A stretch of 64,000 bases of DNA from Paraphysomonas bandaiensis. Lineage: Eukaryota > Protista > Chrysophyceae. Positions within the stretch are counted from its first letter, which is position 1. Each line of letters begins with the position of its first letter. A program made the position numbers and the translations under genes. Shown here in pieces: positions 24,907 through 36,816 of this stretch. The notes under the pieces are model-generated. The model was not told the DNA's origin. It ran no database searches and saw only the letters and a program-made list of their open reading frames with translations. The DNA lies in contig CBFFRP010000190.1 in NCBI GenBank assembly GCA_965644295.1, positions 6,921-70,920 of the forward strand, written 5' to 3'.

Positions 24907-26719
24907 TTACTGTGAATTGATAATTAAGAAGGACGAGTCGTGGGAATTCAGTGTAACTGTGTAGGATGACTTGAACTCCCCTAAATCAGAGTGTGCCCAA
25001 ATGTCCCTCAGCGAGTATGATGTGCTCGTAGATTGCATAAAGGTGGGAATTTCATTAAAAATTAATGTGATAGATTGAGGGTACGCAGCATTGTTCATTA
25101 GAAGCACCGCAGCGCTGGTATCACTGAGTCTTTTAGACCACTGCTGCCAGGAACCCACCTCCTCCTCTCGAAGAGGCCGAGTTCCAGAGGAACGTAATGC
25201 GGGTGTCGGAGAAGACAATATCTTCACACTTTCAGAGGAGGATAAAAAGAGATACCCTACGAATAAATTGCATTAAAACACATGTCTACCTACATGGAAC
25301 CGCTACTCCCACCGGAATCTCCATCCCAGGCCTGATTAACTGCTATGGCCTCAGTGTTGGATATGATGGGCCATATTTCGTCAGATACTGTGTCATTGGT
25401 GGTATCATGAGAGAGAATGAGAGGGGACGAAACGATGCACCATGCACCAAAGTGCGTTCTAGCCTAGTTACCAACTCACATACCAAAAGCTGCATATATT
25501 GTAGAAGTATTACCTCTACAAAAGAAAGACCAGGATCATTTTCACCTCCAGGACCATGCTCACAGCCCACCTCGAGCATATCTGTGAAACGGCAACAGGA
25601 TCACATTGCAGAGATGAAGTAACATGGCACATGAATACCGGGATATCCCCAACACCCTGGTGTAGAAAGACCATCCATAGCGAAGGGAATTGTGGTCATG
25701 AGGTTAGACAGAACTGCGTCGTAGGATGCTCTATACAGCGTAGTGACGTTACGTTACGAACTTTGTATGTACAACTACATCACCTGATGTCCCCTGAAGT
25801 ACGGTAGTAGTTCCAGGGACACCAATCCGATGTGGGAACAGTATTACCCCAGTGGCAGTTCTCGATTAGAATAGAGTGTCCCGTCTTCTCAATAAGGTCG
25901 GCCCACTTGTCGAGATCCAACTGCAGCAGGAAGAATAACCATAACAATATAGTGATGCACTGTTTGTAGCAAACCTGTGCGCCGCATCCGTCCAGTTTAA
26001 CGCTATCAAAACCAAGATTCACAAGTGCATTGACGTCTTCCTGATAGCACTCATCCGAGTCACAGTGGTCCTCACAGATGCAGTTGTTGCCGTACCATCT
26101 ACCCGTGCACATTATAAAACCACACTTCGTGAGAAATTGACCAATACGTACCCAGCAGTCAGGCCAAGCCGATGAGCGTAATCGGTCATCTTGCGCAAAT
26201 CAGGAAAAACATCCTTGTTAATAACAGGTGTCCCATTCTCGTCATGATAAGTATTGTGATCCGTGCCGTAGTCGCCACATAGTTGCCTACGTTTGTACGC
26301 GGAGAACGAAATAACCTAACATCACTTGTTCATAAAGCGGACCATACCATGCATCATCCAACCCAACATCAGAATATCCCAAATCTAGAAGTGAAGTGGG
26401 AACACCGTTAACAGTTCGTTTGCGGGATACCATTCCATCCATCTGATAGACATACATATACATGTTAGCATCTCACTTGTGGTTATATAATGCACCTGTT
26501 TCGATATCAAATCTTGATTCACATCAGCTCCAAATAAGTTCCAACTCCTCCATCCCATCGGCTTCATTCACATGAGGCCATATCATCATATCAGACATAT
26601 ATATCACATCATCAGACCAGCACCCCTCTTACCGGTGTAATGCCCTTGCCGTTATCGATACCATACACATGAACAATCCATGGAGACCCCAGCCAGAGGA
26701 ATAATGAAGTAGATTTCAT
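24907..26719 (-). CDS. Alpha-galactosidase (glycoside hydrolase family 27), multi-exon, secreted
   Basis: DNGKGITP/PMGWRSWN, VGLDDAW, GFDSVKLDGC, YRTSGDI, PDMLEVG, and a C-terminal beta-sandwich with LRDIW. Confidence 0.92.
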
Positions 26720-27033
26720 GTTTGTTTCGTTTGTGCAGGATAATGAGTATATATATGTATATATATGGGCTGCCTGGTATATATAAGATACACTCCGTTA
26801 GCTGTTAGCTATGCAGATACAGTAGCATCATGGACTATATGTATGTACTGATGTACATATCCACAACAGTACCTGATGTACACTTACAACTGTCCCCAGG
26901 TACACACAGTGGTCCAAACAACAGACGTACGTATGGATCTATCGATAGGTACGGGCCAAAGCGCCCATTGAGGAACACTTACACCATAAACTCCACAGTA
27001 ACACACGAATAGAGCTTCATCTCTTCTTTCAGC

Positions 27034-28035
27034 ATGAGTTTACAGTTAGGGCGCTTATCATTGAAGAGTTTATCGGTGCTGAGCCCTCTTGAAGGTGTGT
27101 CAGATGTGGGATTCAGGAGCCTGTGCTATTCTCTGGGTGCTGCCTTCACATGGACTGAGATGATACGAACAGAGGCAATAGTAAAGAACAATAAGGCAAC
27201 ACTCGATCTAATTGATACATTTGATGCACAAACTCCCACAGGCATACAGCTACTTGCCAAAAATCCTTCAGTACTACATAAAGCCCTCCTTAAAATGGTG
27301 GAGCTCTCTCGCACTGATGAGTTCAAACACTTTGAAAATATATCAGCTATTGACATAAATCTTGGGTGTCCATCACCTGATGTAATTAGGGAAGGAGCTG
27401 GCCCTGCGCTCTTGAAAAGACGTTCTCGTTTAAAGGAAATATTTACTGTGCTGTCTCAATTCAGAGACAGCAACTGCATGCCTAATATTGGCGCTGTAGG
27501 TTGTAAGATACGCCTTGGTTTGAATTATGGTGAACAAAAGCAAAAGGTTTATTTGCATGTTATTGATGCTGCTAATGAAGCAGGGCTAAACTTCGTGACT
27601 GTACACGGACGCAACGCTCAGCAACGGAGCAGAGACAAGCCTACTTGGGAAGCTATTGGAGAGTGCAAACGTGCAGCAGAAATGCCTATAATTGGAAATG
27701 GAAATATTGGCTCTATGACTGATGCTATCGATATGATAGATAGGACATCATGTGATGGAGTTATGATAGCTCGGGCAGCGATATACAATCCCTGGGTATT
27801 TAGTCGATTCGTTAATGAGAAACGTGAAGAATGCGAAGCGGCTTACCCTAGTCTCAGTGATGTGGAAGCGGCGAGGCTAAAGTATGATAGTATCTCTGAT
27901 AGCGTTGGAACCAAATCAAAGTTCATAACATTTCACAGAAAAAATTTTGAGCGATTAGCGAAAGCAGTTAATTCTAACAGCTTGGCGAATCAGAAATATC
28001 TTAGTAGCGCAATACCCAAGAATTCACATATATAG
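27034..28035 (+). CDS. tRNA-dihydrouridine synthase family protein
   Basis: SPLEGVSD, TEMI, IDINLGCP, KIRLG, TVHGR, IGNGNI, DGVMIARAAIYNPW. Confidence 0.92.
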   Translation: MSLQLGRLSLKSLSVLSPLEGVSDVGFRSLCYSLGAAFTWTEMIRTEAIVKNNKATLDLIDTFDAQTPTGIQLLAKNPSVLHKALLKMVELSRTDEFKHFENISAIDINLGCPSPDVIREGAGPALLKRRSRLKEIFTVLSQFRDSNCMPNIGAVGCKIRLGLNYGEQKQKVYLHVIDAANEAGLNFVTVHGRNAQQRSRDKPTWEAIGECKRAAEMPIIGNGNIGSMTDAIDMIDRTSCDGVMIARAAIYNPWVFSRFVNEKREECEAAYPSLSDVEAARLKYDSISDSVGTKSKFITFHRKNFERLAKAVNSNSLANQKYLSSAIPKNSHI

Positions 28036-28276
28036 CTGTAAATCTTATATATATTACTTATAAAGTGTTCTTTGTTGTGACAATGCAGTCTTTTCTACAA
28101 TTGATAACAACGACGCATTAATATATACGATAAACAACACAATTAATGGAGTTAACGACTTTCGGATTGTGTGAAAGTATATTAAATATTAAGTATATCT
28201 TGAAAGAGGAACCGATAATAAGAAGTAAACAACAATCTTTAGCTCCAGCATAGATGATAGATCCCGGCAAGTTGTA

Positions 28277-28908
28277 TGTTAGAAAATGAAATAACAGTAC
28301 AAGACTTTCACTCTATGCTGAGATTACAAATTAGAAATATAAAGTAAAATTAAGATGATCAATATCACTCCTTCCCATTCATGTTATCGCAAATTCATAT
28401 TGTCGCAACTATCAATTATTCTCTCATACGATCTTGAATATATCACGATCTTATACAGTCAGTATATTTCAGTTCACTGATATGAATATATGAATACAAT
28501 CATGCCTTTAGTTCTCATAATGCAGAATGTATTAGAATATGGATCTTATTCTAGTATATTCAGTATGTCACTTGCAGACAATGTACGAGAATACAGTGAA
28601 ATATAGTGATGTACAAATGCTGTGATGATATTGAGAAACTGAAATAGTTTGATATTTCAAGATATGTTCAGTAACGAGAGGTTCGCATATGTAGGATATT
28701 ATGCATGGATTAAAATGAGTTAGTGTTGGTTATCACAACTTCGTGTAAACGATATTAGTAAATCTATCTAGTCTTACGACGAATTCTCTCTGTGATCTAG
28801 CTTAAAATGAGCAATTTCCAATATAATGCAGTTAACAGTTAACCACTTAACAGTCATAATTCTTTTGAACTACTGCTTTCAATTGCTCTCAAACAGCAAA
28901 ACTCAACA
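28277..28908 (-). repeat. Solo Copia LTR (TG...CA) with TSD TTGTA, interrupted by a nested solo LTR
   Basis: ttgta|tgttag...ctcaaca|ttgta; 28830-28908 is the reverse complement of 9017-9095. Confidence 0.85.
28530..28823 (+). repeat. Nested solo LTR of the Copia C family
   Basis: Collinear with the reverse complement of 55512-55804 over its full length (TATTAGAATATGGA...AAAATGAGCAATTTCCAATA); flanks GAATG/TAATG. Confidence 0.88.
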
Positions 28909-29285
28909 TTGTAGATAAAAGAGTTGCTAGTTGTCTCTCTCAGCAAAGTCGGACTCGCATCTTTTAGGGGAAAGCGCCGGAGAAGTTTCTCAGGGAAACT
29001 AAAGATAATTTTCAGACCATTCATAGCCTAATGCTTGTGTGGTGCAAGGTTACAAGGGACACTAATTAGTGTCACTAGCATCCCGGGTATTGGCCTGCCT
29101 GTGTACTAAAAAAAACTGAAGTCAGCAGATATCAGGTATATCAACATTCTGCTTGCTTACATAGTAGCTATCGTCTTTCGTAGTGTTAAATAGTAAGACA
29201 TCAGAAGTAAGCACTAGTTAATTAAATTGCAATGCTATATTTGCTCTGACTCTTATACGCTTATTGCTAATAATAAGACATTCAC
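28909..29285. repeat. Dispersed repeat X, copy 3 (empty site for the Copia B insertion)
   Basis: tcatagcctaatgcttgtgtggtgcaaggttacaagggac.ctaat spans the junction that Copia B interrupts in copy 2. Confidence 0.85.
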
Positions 29286-29530
29286 TACTGTTACTGCACC
29301 CTTCGCCCCGGCCTGGATAAATAAATTAGAATAAATGGAATAATATCGTATTATTAGATTTTATTTTATAATTTTATCCCAAACATGAAGGCTAGTCCTA
29401 ACGTACCAACGGACTCAATATGAACATTTTTCAATTCTTCAGACTGCTCGTTGAAGTTAAACTCATTTTTCGATAATATTTTTGAGTCTAAAATGATAAC
29501 AAATATAAAGTACATAAAGTCTTGTGGAAG

Positions 29531-30439
29531 TCATTGTGGGTATACCATCCGTAAACGCTGAATGATATTTGTGGAACGGGATAAAGCAGAATCAAAAACA
29601 CAAACCGGTAGATGTGGTACATGGTGCTCACTTAAGAACTTTGTGACGGCCACGGTGTATCTCCGATACGCATCAACAACCCGTCGTATCATTTCGTGGG
29701 ATTTTCCCCCTATGCGATGCAATGGTTGGATTGCTTGGTGAACAGTATCGACGGCCCGTAGGCACCCAGCGTAGTCAAAAGGGTGCAAGACACCACTTGC
29801 GTTCCAAAGATAAGGTAGGCACACAGGTGTGACCGAGTGAAGTCGAAGGCGTCTCAATGCCCATTCCATTGGATCTCGCAAAGTGTGAACTACAACAATA
29901 TTCGGGGCAAGGTGAAGCAGATCGGGAAGTGATTCAGCAAATGGGGTGTCACTCACAAAGTCAAAGTTATGAACAATAGAGTGCAGGGCCACAGAGTATT
30001 CTGCTAGAACGTGCTTCGAAGGGCAATTAGCTTTGGTGTTCGTACAATTCATCAATAACTTCGTGTACCGAATAATCTTTTCTCTAGCAGCTAACGAGAC
30101 ATCTTTCTTTCCACCGATACACTTACTTATGAAGTGAAAAGTATTACTTGAAAAGTTTTTACAAATTATGTTGCTAATTGATCTTGTCCCAGTGGTCCCC
30201 ATCCCTACATTAATAGCTTTCAATGCAATAGGTTGAGCATCCAAACTGACCAATGGTGGCCGGTAAGTCATGTGTGTACTATGACGGCTAGCATTATAAG
30301 ATGGCCATGCATCGGAGCAGTTACTGCCTTTATCCAGATGGTGGACGATGTTGCTTACTGGATGCTTATTGCAGCCCACATGAGCATACTGCAGGAGTAA
30401 AAGAGCCGCTAGGAGACGGAGGAGCATCTGGTTTAACAT
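29531..30439 (-). CDS. Sulfotransferase-like P-loop protein with signal peptide
   Basis: INVGMGTTGTRSI (5'-PSB-like), VSDTPF, VHTLRDPMEW (3'-PB-like). Confidence 0.7.
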   Translation of the reverse strand: MLNQMLLRLLAALLLLQYAHVGCNKHPVSNIVHHLDKGSNCSDAWPSYNASRHSTHMTYRPPLVSLDAQPIALKAINVGMGTTGTRSISNIICKNFSSNTFHFISKCIGGKKDVSLAAREKIIRYTKLLMNCTNTKANCPSKHVLAEYSVALHSIVHNFDFVSDTPFAESLPDLLHLAPNIVVVHTLRDPMEWALRRLRLHSVTPVCLPYLWNASGVLHPFDYAGCLRAVDTVHQAIQPLHRIGGKSHEMIRRVVDAYRRYTVAVTKFLSEHHVPHLPVCVFDSALSRSTNIIQRLRMVYPQ

Positions 30440-30814
30440 CTAGATATACTGGTGATGGAACAGTAGCACGAAAGAGTGGCAAAGTATGGAGAGAGAGCAG
30501 ACTGGGCCATTTTTTTTTCTTCCACCATCACAAAAACAGCAAGCAGTCTGTGGACGACTTGGACATGCACAGATCTCATATCCAGATATCCACACTCTCC
30601 TCCGACCTGCCTGATCTCAGTGCGTTCCACAATAAAAAATGTATAATAAGAGCTGTATACTCCGTATATACTGTAGGTATATACGTATACCCACACACTC
30701 GTACACGTGTAAAATGAGAGAGTATGTCGTGTACTCTGCTTCTCCATATATGATCGTCTCGCAGGTCAGATATAGTACAGTTTATGCACGCTACCATAGC
30801 CCCACAGCCTCACA

Positions 30815-32437
30815 ATGCCGGGTGAATTGAACGCTGTTGCACCCGGATGCACTATTACCAATGAAGATACCACACGAGTGATTACATCAGTGGCAGTGTT
30901 TTGCTGTTTCTTGAATTTCGGTGCATGTGTGGGTTCACTGGGAGCAGCACTACCGCAGATTGCGGACACATATGGAGTGGATGAGACTAATTTAGGGTAT
31001 GTATTCATTGCGCGAGGAGTTGGTTACTTCCTCGGAACCTTGGGGTCTGCAGGTTTGATTGAGTATAGCTCTGTACTAAAGAGGTACCAGATGCTAATCG
31101 TCTCATTCGGCATATTTTGCTCTGGTCTATCAATGGCGATTATGACGGGTGTACATGATATGGGGATAATGTATGCACTCATTGCAGTGCAGGGTGTAGG
31201 ATTCGGTGGGGTGGATACCTTGTGCAATATAGTATTACCAGAACAATGGGGACCTAGGGTGCAGGTATATTACATAATATTGATGGTGTCCGTAACTCAA
31301 TTGTATAGCCCTGGATGCAAGCTGCCCACGCCAATTTTGGTGTTGGAGGAATAGTTGGTCCAGCACTCGTTGGGGCACTGGGCTACAAGCCTGCTTTTGC
31401 CCTACTTGCAGTTACATCATTCTCTGCACTTGGCATCACTGTGGCACAACATGCAAGCGGTACGCTAGACCGTTTATTACGATATGGACCCACCAATGAT
31501 AGGAATGCTAAACCTGAGAGTGAGTATCGGTCAGAGGAAGGGGAAGTAAGTCCTTATGTCAGCGTGCTGGACTACGATGAGGAAGTTTCGAAGGTCTCCG
31601 AAAGTCGTGGCAACTCTGATTCGCAGAATGATCCAAATTCAGAGCAGACGGAACACTACCTCCCACTGTCTTTGAAACTGTTACTAGCATCATTTTTTTT
31701 CATTTATGTTGGTATGGAGATTGGTTTTGCTGGTTGGGTGTCCAGCTATGTACTCATGGCGGGACTGACGGAAAGCCACGCGGACGCTGCATACGTCACG
31801 TCTGTATTCTTTTCGGCGTTGTCTATTGGACGCATACTCTCGATCCCGGCAGCAGTATGGGTGTCCAATACTCTCATGCTACGAGCACAGCTATGTTTTA
31901 CACTGGCATGCAGCCTGGTGGTGGTGCTGGTTATATCAAGATCATATGCTCTCGCAGTCGTGAGCAGCGGCCTTCTCGGACTTGCTTGTAGCTCTCTATT
32001 TCCTCTTGTAATGACTCTGGTTGGAGACTACGGATACACAATGTGAGTGAACGTTGTAGTACATTAGTGTACTGCATCCCGCTTGTGGTACAATTTCATT
32101 GTGTGCATGTTCGTATGAGATTTTGACTTTTTCTTATACCTACAGGGATGCAAGTGCTACTACCATGTTTGTTGTGGGCTCCACTTGCGGAGAAGCGGTT
32201 ATTCCCGTTTTTATTGGTGTGTTGATGCGTTTTTTGGGACCTAGTTCTCTGGCAACGACAGCGTTAATTATTTCTACTTTGATGATGTGCATATATTTGC
32301 TTGCCCACCACCTTCTTACCTCCTCCGAAGTGAGGCAAGTGGACAATAGTGAACTCAACCCTGTAAGTAAAAACGCTGATAGTGATGTCAAGAAGGGCTC
32401 CAATGACGTGAAATCTTTAGAAATAGAAAGATTATAG
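30815..32437 (+). CDS. Major facilitator superfamily transporter (MFSD4/FucP-like), 3 exons
   Basis: About 12 hydrophobic segments, GAALPQIA, FIYVGMEIGFAGW, GRIL; introns at about 31265-31308 and 32044-32145. Confidence 0.85.
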
Positions 32438-32729
32438 TATAAGTTATCATGTAGTTTCGATGTGTGTTATATTGTCTTTTTTATACTGTAACGACAGTTT
32501 TCACACTATTTCACTATATTATTGTCGTTCCATTTTCCATATCCGTCCAACACTTGGTCAAATGCTAATATAAGGACTGTGTGTATTCTGTATTGGGAAT
32601 ATGTTGCGTAAAATGTTAATTTTAAAATAATCTTTATGCAATAAAAGAATTGACTAACGTTAGTTATCGGATGTAGTATACTCAGTCCTATTTTCTCAGG
32701 GCTATACTGTGTAGATATTTTACTAAACA

Positions 32730-33680
32730 CTATACTAATGTCATGGCATATGATGTGCGCTTCCTGAGAACACTATCCTGGTATGATGTATCAAAATAAC
32801 TGGGTTCACAGATTCTATCTACAATATGTGCACTTACACTTGGGAAATATGTACTTGATGGTGCTTTTGTGAAACTTATATTACATTCCTCGACGTCATG
32901 TGGTTCGAATTCATTATTTGCTCCTATCGGTGCTGATGGAAGCGTAGTGTAGTCGTAATCATTGTAATTTTCGTTTGGAAAGTAGCCAACACGTCTGTAA
33001 ACTCGCTGCTCCATATCAGAAAGGGAAGAAGAAATAGCTAACAAGTTTGCGAGTTCATCTTTCACTCCAGCAAGAACATCTGGAAACTGCATATACGACG
33101 CATTCATCTCATTCCACAGAGTATCTAACAGCAAAAATGCTAAAATATAAACGCGATTGAAGCCATCATTACGTCGAATAAAAGACCAGTAAGTTTTTCT
33201 GCTATAATTAGTGGATTTTTGTTGACCAGTGGACTCAATTGCCTCAAACTGAACAGCAACAAGCTGTGTGACATTAATACCAGCAGCAGCCCAAGGGAAA
33301 CTCTCCCATCTATAATTAGCCACACTACTGAGCGATCTATGTTCCCTCATACTTCTGCTTTTCGAAGGATGCTTGGTAAGAAAATATAACATATTTTCGA
33401 GGCATAATGCTCCACCGCCTCTGATATCACTGATAGGATCCTCGTTCTGAAACCCCAGTGATTTCCAAAACCTTCCTCGAGATGAATAAGGTGCCTGTAT
33501 TCCACTTGCTCGATGAATTGCCTTCAGTATATCTTCCAATTCAGCAATGCTATGCGGTGCAGTCATCTTCCTCCCAATATCTGTTATTATAGACCTCTCA
33601 GTATAAGATGGAGGGTGACCCATACACTGTTGATGAAGATCCAATACCTTCCTCTTTATATTCATCGATAGATTGTACAT
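32730..33680 (-). CDS. ELMO/CED-12 domain protein (ELMOD-like)
   Basis: WKSLGFQNEDPISDIRGGGALCLENMLYF, FPWAAAGINVT, W.EMNASYMQF. Confidence 0.88.
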   Translation of the reverse strand: MYNLSMNIKRKVLDLHQQCMGHPPSYTERSIITDIGRKMTAPHSIAELEDILKAIHRASGIQAPYSSRGRFWKSLGFQNEDPISDIRGGGALCLENMLYFLTKHPSKSRSMREHRSLSSVANYRWESFPWAAAGINVTQLVAVQFEAIESTGQQKSTNYSRKTYWSFIRRNDGFNRVYILAFLLLDTLWNEMNASYMQFPDVLAGVKDELANLLAISSSLSDMEQRVYRRVGYFPNENYNDYDYTTLPSAPIGANNEFEPHDVEECNISFTKAPSSTYFPSVSAHIVDRICEPSYFDTSYQDSVLRKRTSYAMTLV

Positions 33681-33821
33681 GGTCTCTTATTATTTTTCCT
33701 TGAATGTCGTTAATAAGAGTGGTAGTTTATAGTGTTAGGAGTAAAGGATGTCCATGGATGTGTATCTTACCTTATGAGTCATTGTTCTGCGATTATTCTT
33801 GGAATTGAAGATAGGTAGAAG

Positions 33822-34267
33822 GTATGTATGTATGTATGTATGTATGTATGTATGTATGTATGTATGTATGTATGTATGTATGTATGTATGTATGTATGTA
33901 TGTATGTATGTATGTATGTATGTATGTATGTATGTATGTATGTATGTATGTATGTATGTATGTATGTATGTATGTATGTATGTATGTATGTATGTATGTA
34001 TGTATGTATGTATGTATGTATGTATGTATGTATGTATGTATGTATGTATGTATGTATGTATGTATGTATGTATGTATGTATGTATGTATGTATGTATGTA
34101 TGTATGTATGTATGTATGTATGTATGTATGTATGTATGTATGTATGTATGTATGTATGTATGTATGTATGTATGTATGTATGTATGTATGTATGTATGTA
34201 TGTATGTATGTATGTATGTATGTATGTATGTATGTATGTATGTATGTATGTATGTATGTATGTATGT
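33822..34267. repeat. (TATG)n microsatellite, about 111 perfect units
   Basis: Uninterrupted tetranucleotide array. Confidence 0.99.
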
Positions 34268-34269
34268 GT

Positions 34270-36038
34270 TGGTAGGAGGTGGTATCATAGTGCTCAAGGA
34301 GACGTTTTTCGACAAAGCGGACCAGTCTGGTCCCACTTTATTTTTTTGTATTGTGTTTTTTCGTATGGAACATGAGTGTAGAGCTTTGAAATTGTGGTCA
34401 AAATGACCACAATTTCTATTAAGGAGCCAGGCGCCATATCCATATAGATAGAGAATAAAAAGTGTGTATTATTGTAGTGTAGACCCATATTGTTGAGCTT
34501 GATGGAAGAAACTCCGGCAAGAAGACTCGCCTTGCTGCCGGAGACCATCTCCCAGTCGGAGATGGTGACTGTATCTTTTAACACCCTACAGTTCGAGCAA
34601 CAGATAACGTCGATTACTACAAGTCAACTTTGCCACTTTGTGCTTTGGTAGATATGAATGAACACTTGAAAACGACTGCTACTGATGACACGAGCATTCG
34701 TATCCTGGAGAATTTTGGTGAGGAACCTGGACATGGGAAATGTCGATCCAATACCATCACTGCTTTTATCAAAGGGACTGTAAAGAGGGCAAGAAATAAT
34801 GGAAAGAGTTTTGTCAATGCCGCTGATGTTGTCAACGAACTTCCACAAAAATCCCCTGTTGGGTATCATGTTCAAGTGATGTTCTACCTCGACACAAAAA
34901 GTCTGTCAGAGTACCATCCGCCATCAAAGGGATCAGCGACATAATTGGGTATAAGTTCTTGCCTTCAGTGGTTGTTTTGCAGGAAGTACCACCCTTGGGA
35001 AAAGGAGTTATATTGCCTCACACAGTAAGTGTAATAATCTGCTGTTTAATAATTCTTTTCAACACTAATACTGCCGTCTGATAATGCTGATTTTTTTTAG
35101 TAGGATCTTGTAAGTAAGCGTAGAGGTACGATGTCTCTAGTGCCAATCGGGGCACATATTGTTGAGTCATCAGTGCAGTCTGTTGAAGCAATTAGTCGAC
35201 AACTATTACCGAAGCCGACTCACGAAACAAGGCTCAAAATTAAGAGAGCGGTTCAACAGAGAAAGCTTGACGCAAAGACGAAGAGATTAATGAAAGATCG
35301 AATGGAGTGTGATAGAATAGAGTCCGTATTAAGCCAGTACAAACCTACTATTCCCTCAGCACGGTCGACATGCTCTTCCTCAACGTCAGCTACTGTGGAA
35401 ACTCATTCCACGACTCGCAAATTTCCGACACCTGTAGTCCGAATTCTAGATCTGCTTGATTCTGGCATGAAATCTCATCCCTCGAACATACTGCTAGGTG
35501 GGAAAATGGGTATATCACAGAAAGAGATAAGCATCAGAATATCTTCCTTACAGGAATTACCCCAAATGGATGTTCAAGGGAACGTTGTCTCGAAAGTTAG
35601 TTGCTCTTCAATCAATGCCGTGACGATTTCAGTGGGAGTAAGGTTGCACAAAGTAAATGACATGGTGATCAGTGCAGCCCATCTCCACGAGGGTGTGGTT
35701 GAATTTCTACATAGGACATTTTCCTGTGAAAACGATTTTCTCATTTGTCATTTCACCATGGGACCTCGGAAAGTATTTCCCCTCAGTCCAGGATATGCCC
35801 GTCGACTAAACAAGGAAAACGTAGTGGAATCATTTACTGATGAAAAGACTGGTTGACATTACAGTACGATATGCGTGATAAAAGACTGGCTCCTACAATC
35901 CGACGGTACATGAAATTACACTTTGTAGAGCCTTGGAAATGGCTTACTGTTGGTCAGATTTCCTCTTGGATTAGCATGAAAACGAGAGAGAAAAATAACG
36001 TCCTTTCAGTCCTTCCCTCTCCAGAAATCGTACGATAA
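34270..36038 (+). pseudogene. Degenerate DNA-transposon transposase-like gene
   Basis: ATDNVDYYKS (about 34597) and EPGHGKCRSNTITAFIK resemble the SDN..Y and HGK..D motifs of DDE/D transposases; C-terminal PGYA...LTVGQISSWIS helix; broken frames. Confidence 0.45.
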
Positions 36039-36226
36039 TTGTAACACATTTATGAATGATAATAACCTTAAGTAGTACAAAACAAAAAAAGGTATCTGGT
36101 ACAATCAAATCTAAGAAGTAAAACAATAATATATAAATATACTCTTAACAAACATTAAGATAAATATGTTAACATTCAATAAACAGCGTCATCCATTTGT
36201 TTCACCTTATTATTAAGTCCTTGTAG

Positions 36227-36816
36227 CAGGGCTAGGGAACAATATATTGCAATACTGTTGTTAAATAGGGTTGTATTGACGGAGTATCCGTACATATGAG
36301 TATCACTATTCAGTAAGTAAACACATCAGTAGATTCCAGTTTTAGTATTAGTCATTAAAATCACATGATATCCAAAACCACTACTGCATTGGCGTTCAAG
36401 TGTATTGGAAGTACATACTACAAGACTCGTGCACCTGTACTTAGATATTTCAATCTTTCATTTCTTAATTTTTTAGCTCACTGAAGAAATTTTTCCGCAT
36501 AGCCAACCTCAGCTTCATCATCATCTGTATTGTTACATTCGCTGTCTGAACGGAGATATATTCTAACAGCATCTTTCCCAGATCTTGTCAACTCAAATTA
36601 TTCGCCTGCTTGGATTTTTTCAAATTCCATTCTCAGAATTCGGATCACTAGCAATGGAACTGTTTTCTTTAAAGCAGGTTTGGGATACCTAGCCCCGAAG
36701 TCCATCAACAAGCCGTCAAAAATGTTCCGGTCTTCATAAATATTCACTTGACTAGAGTCTCCTGTTTGAAGTAGCTTAGAAACGCTTTCAAGCTTTCTCA
36801 GGTCGTCTACAAGCAA
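36227..36816 (-). mobile_element. Truncated hAT DNA transposon: one TIR plus degenerate transposase C-terminus
   Basis: TIR CAGGGCTAGGGAAC at 36227; minus-strand fragments LESVSKLLQ...RNIFDGL and KYR...TSNTLER (hAT dimerisation-like). Confidence 0.7.

Noticed and set aside
33779-34406. ORFs with YIHT/MYVC repeats
   Set aside because: Translations of the (TATG)n microsatellite.
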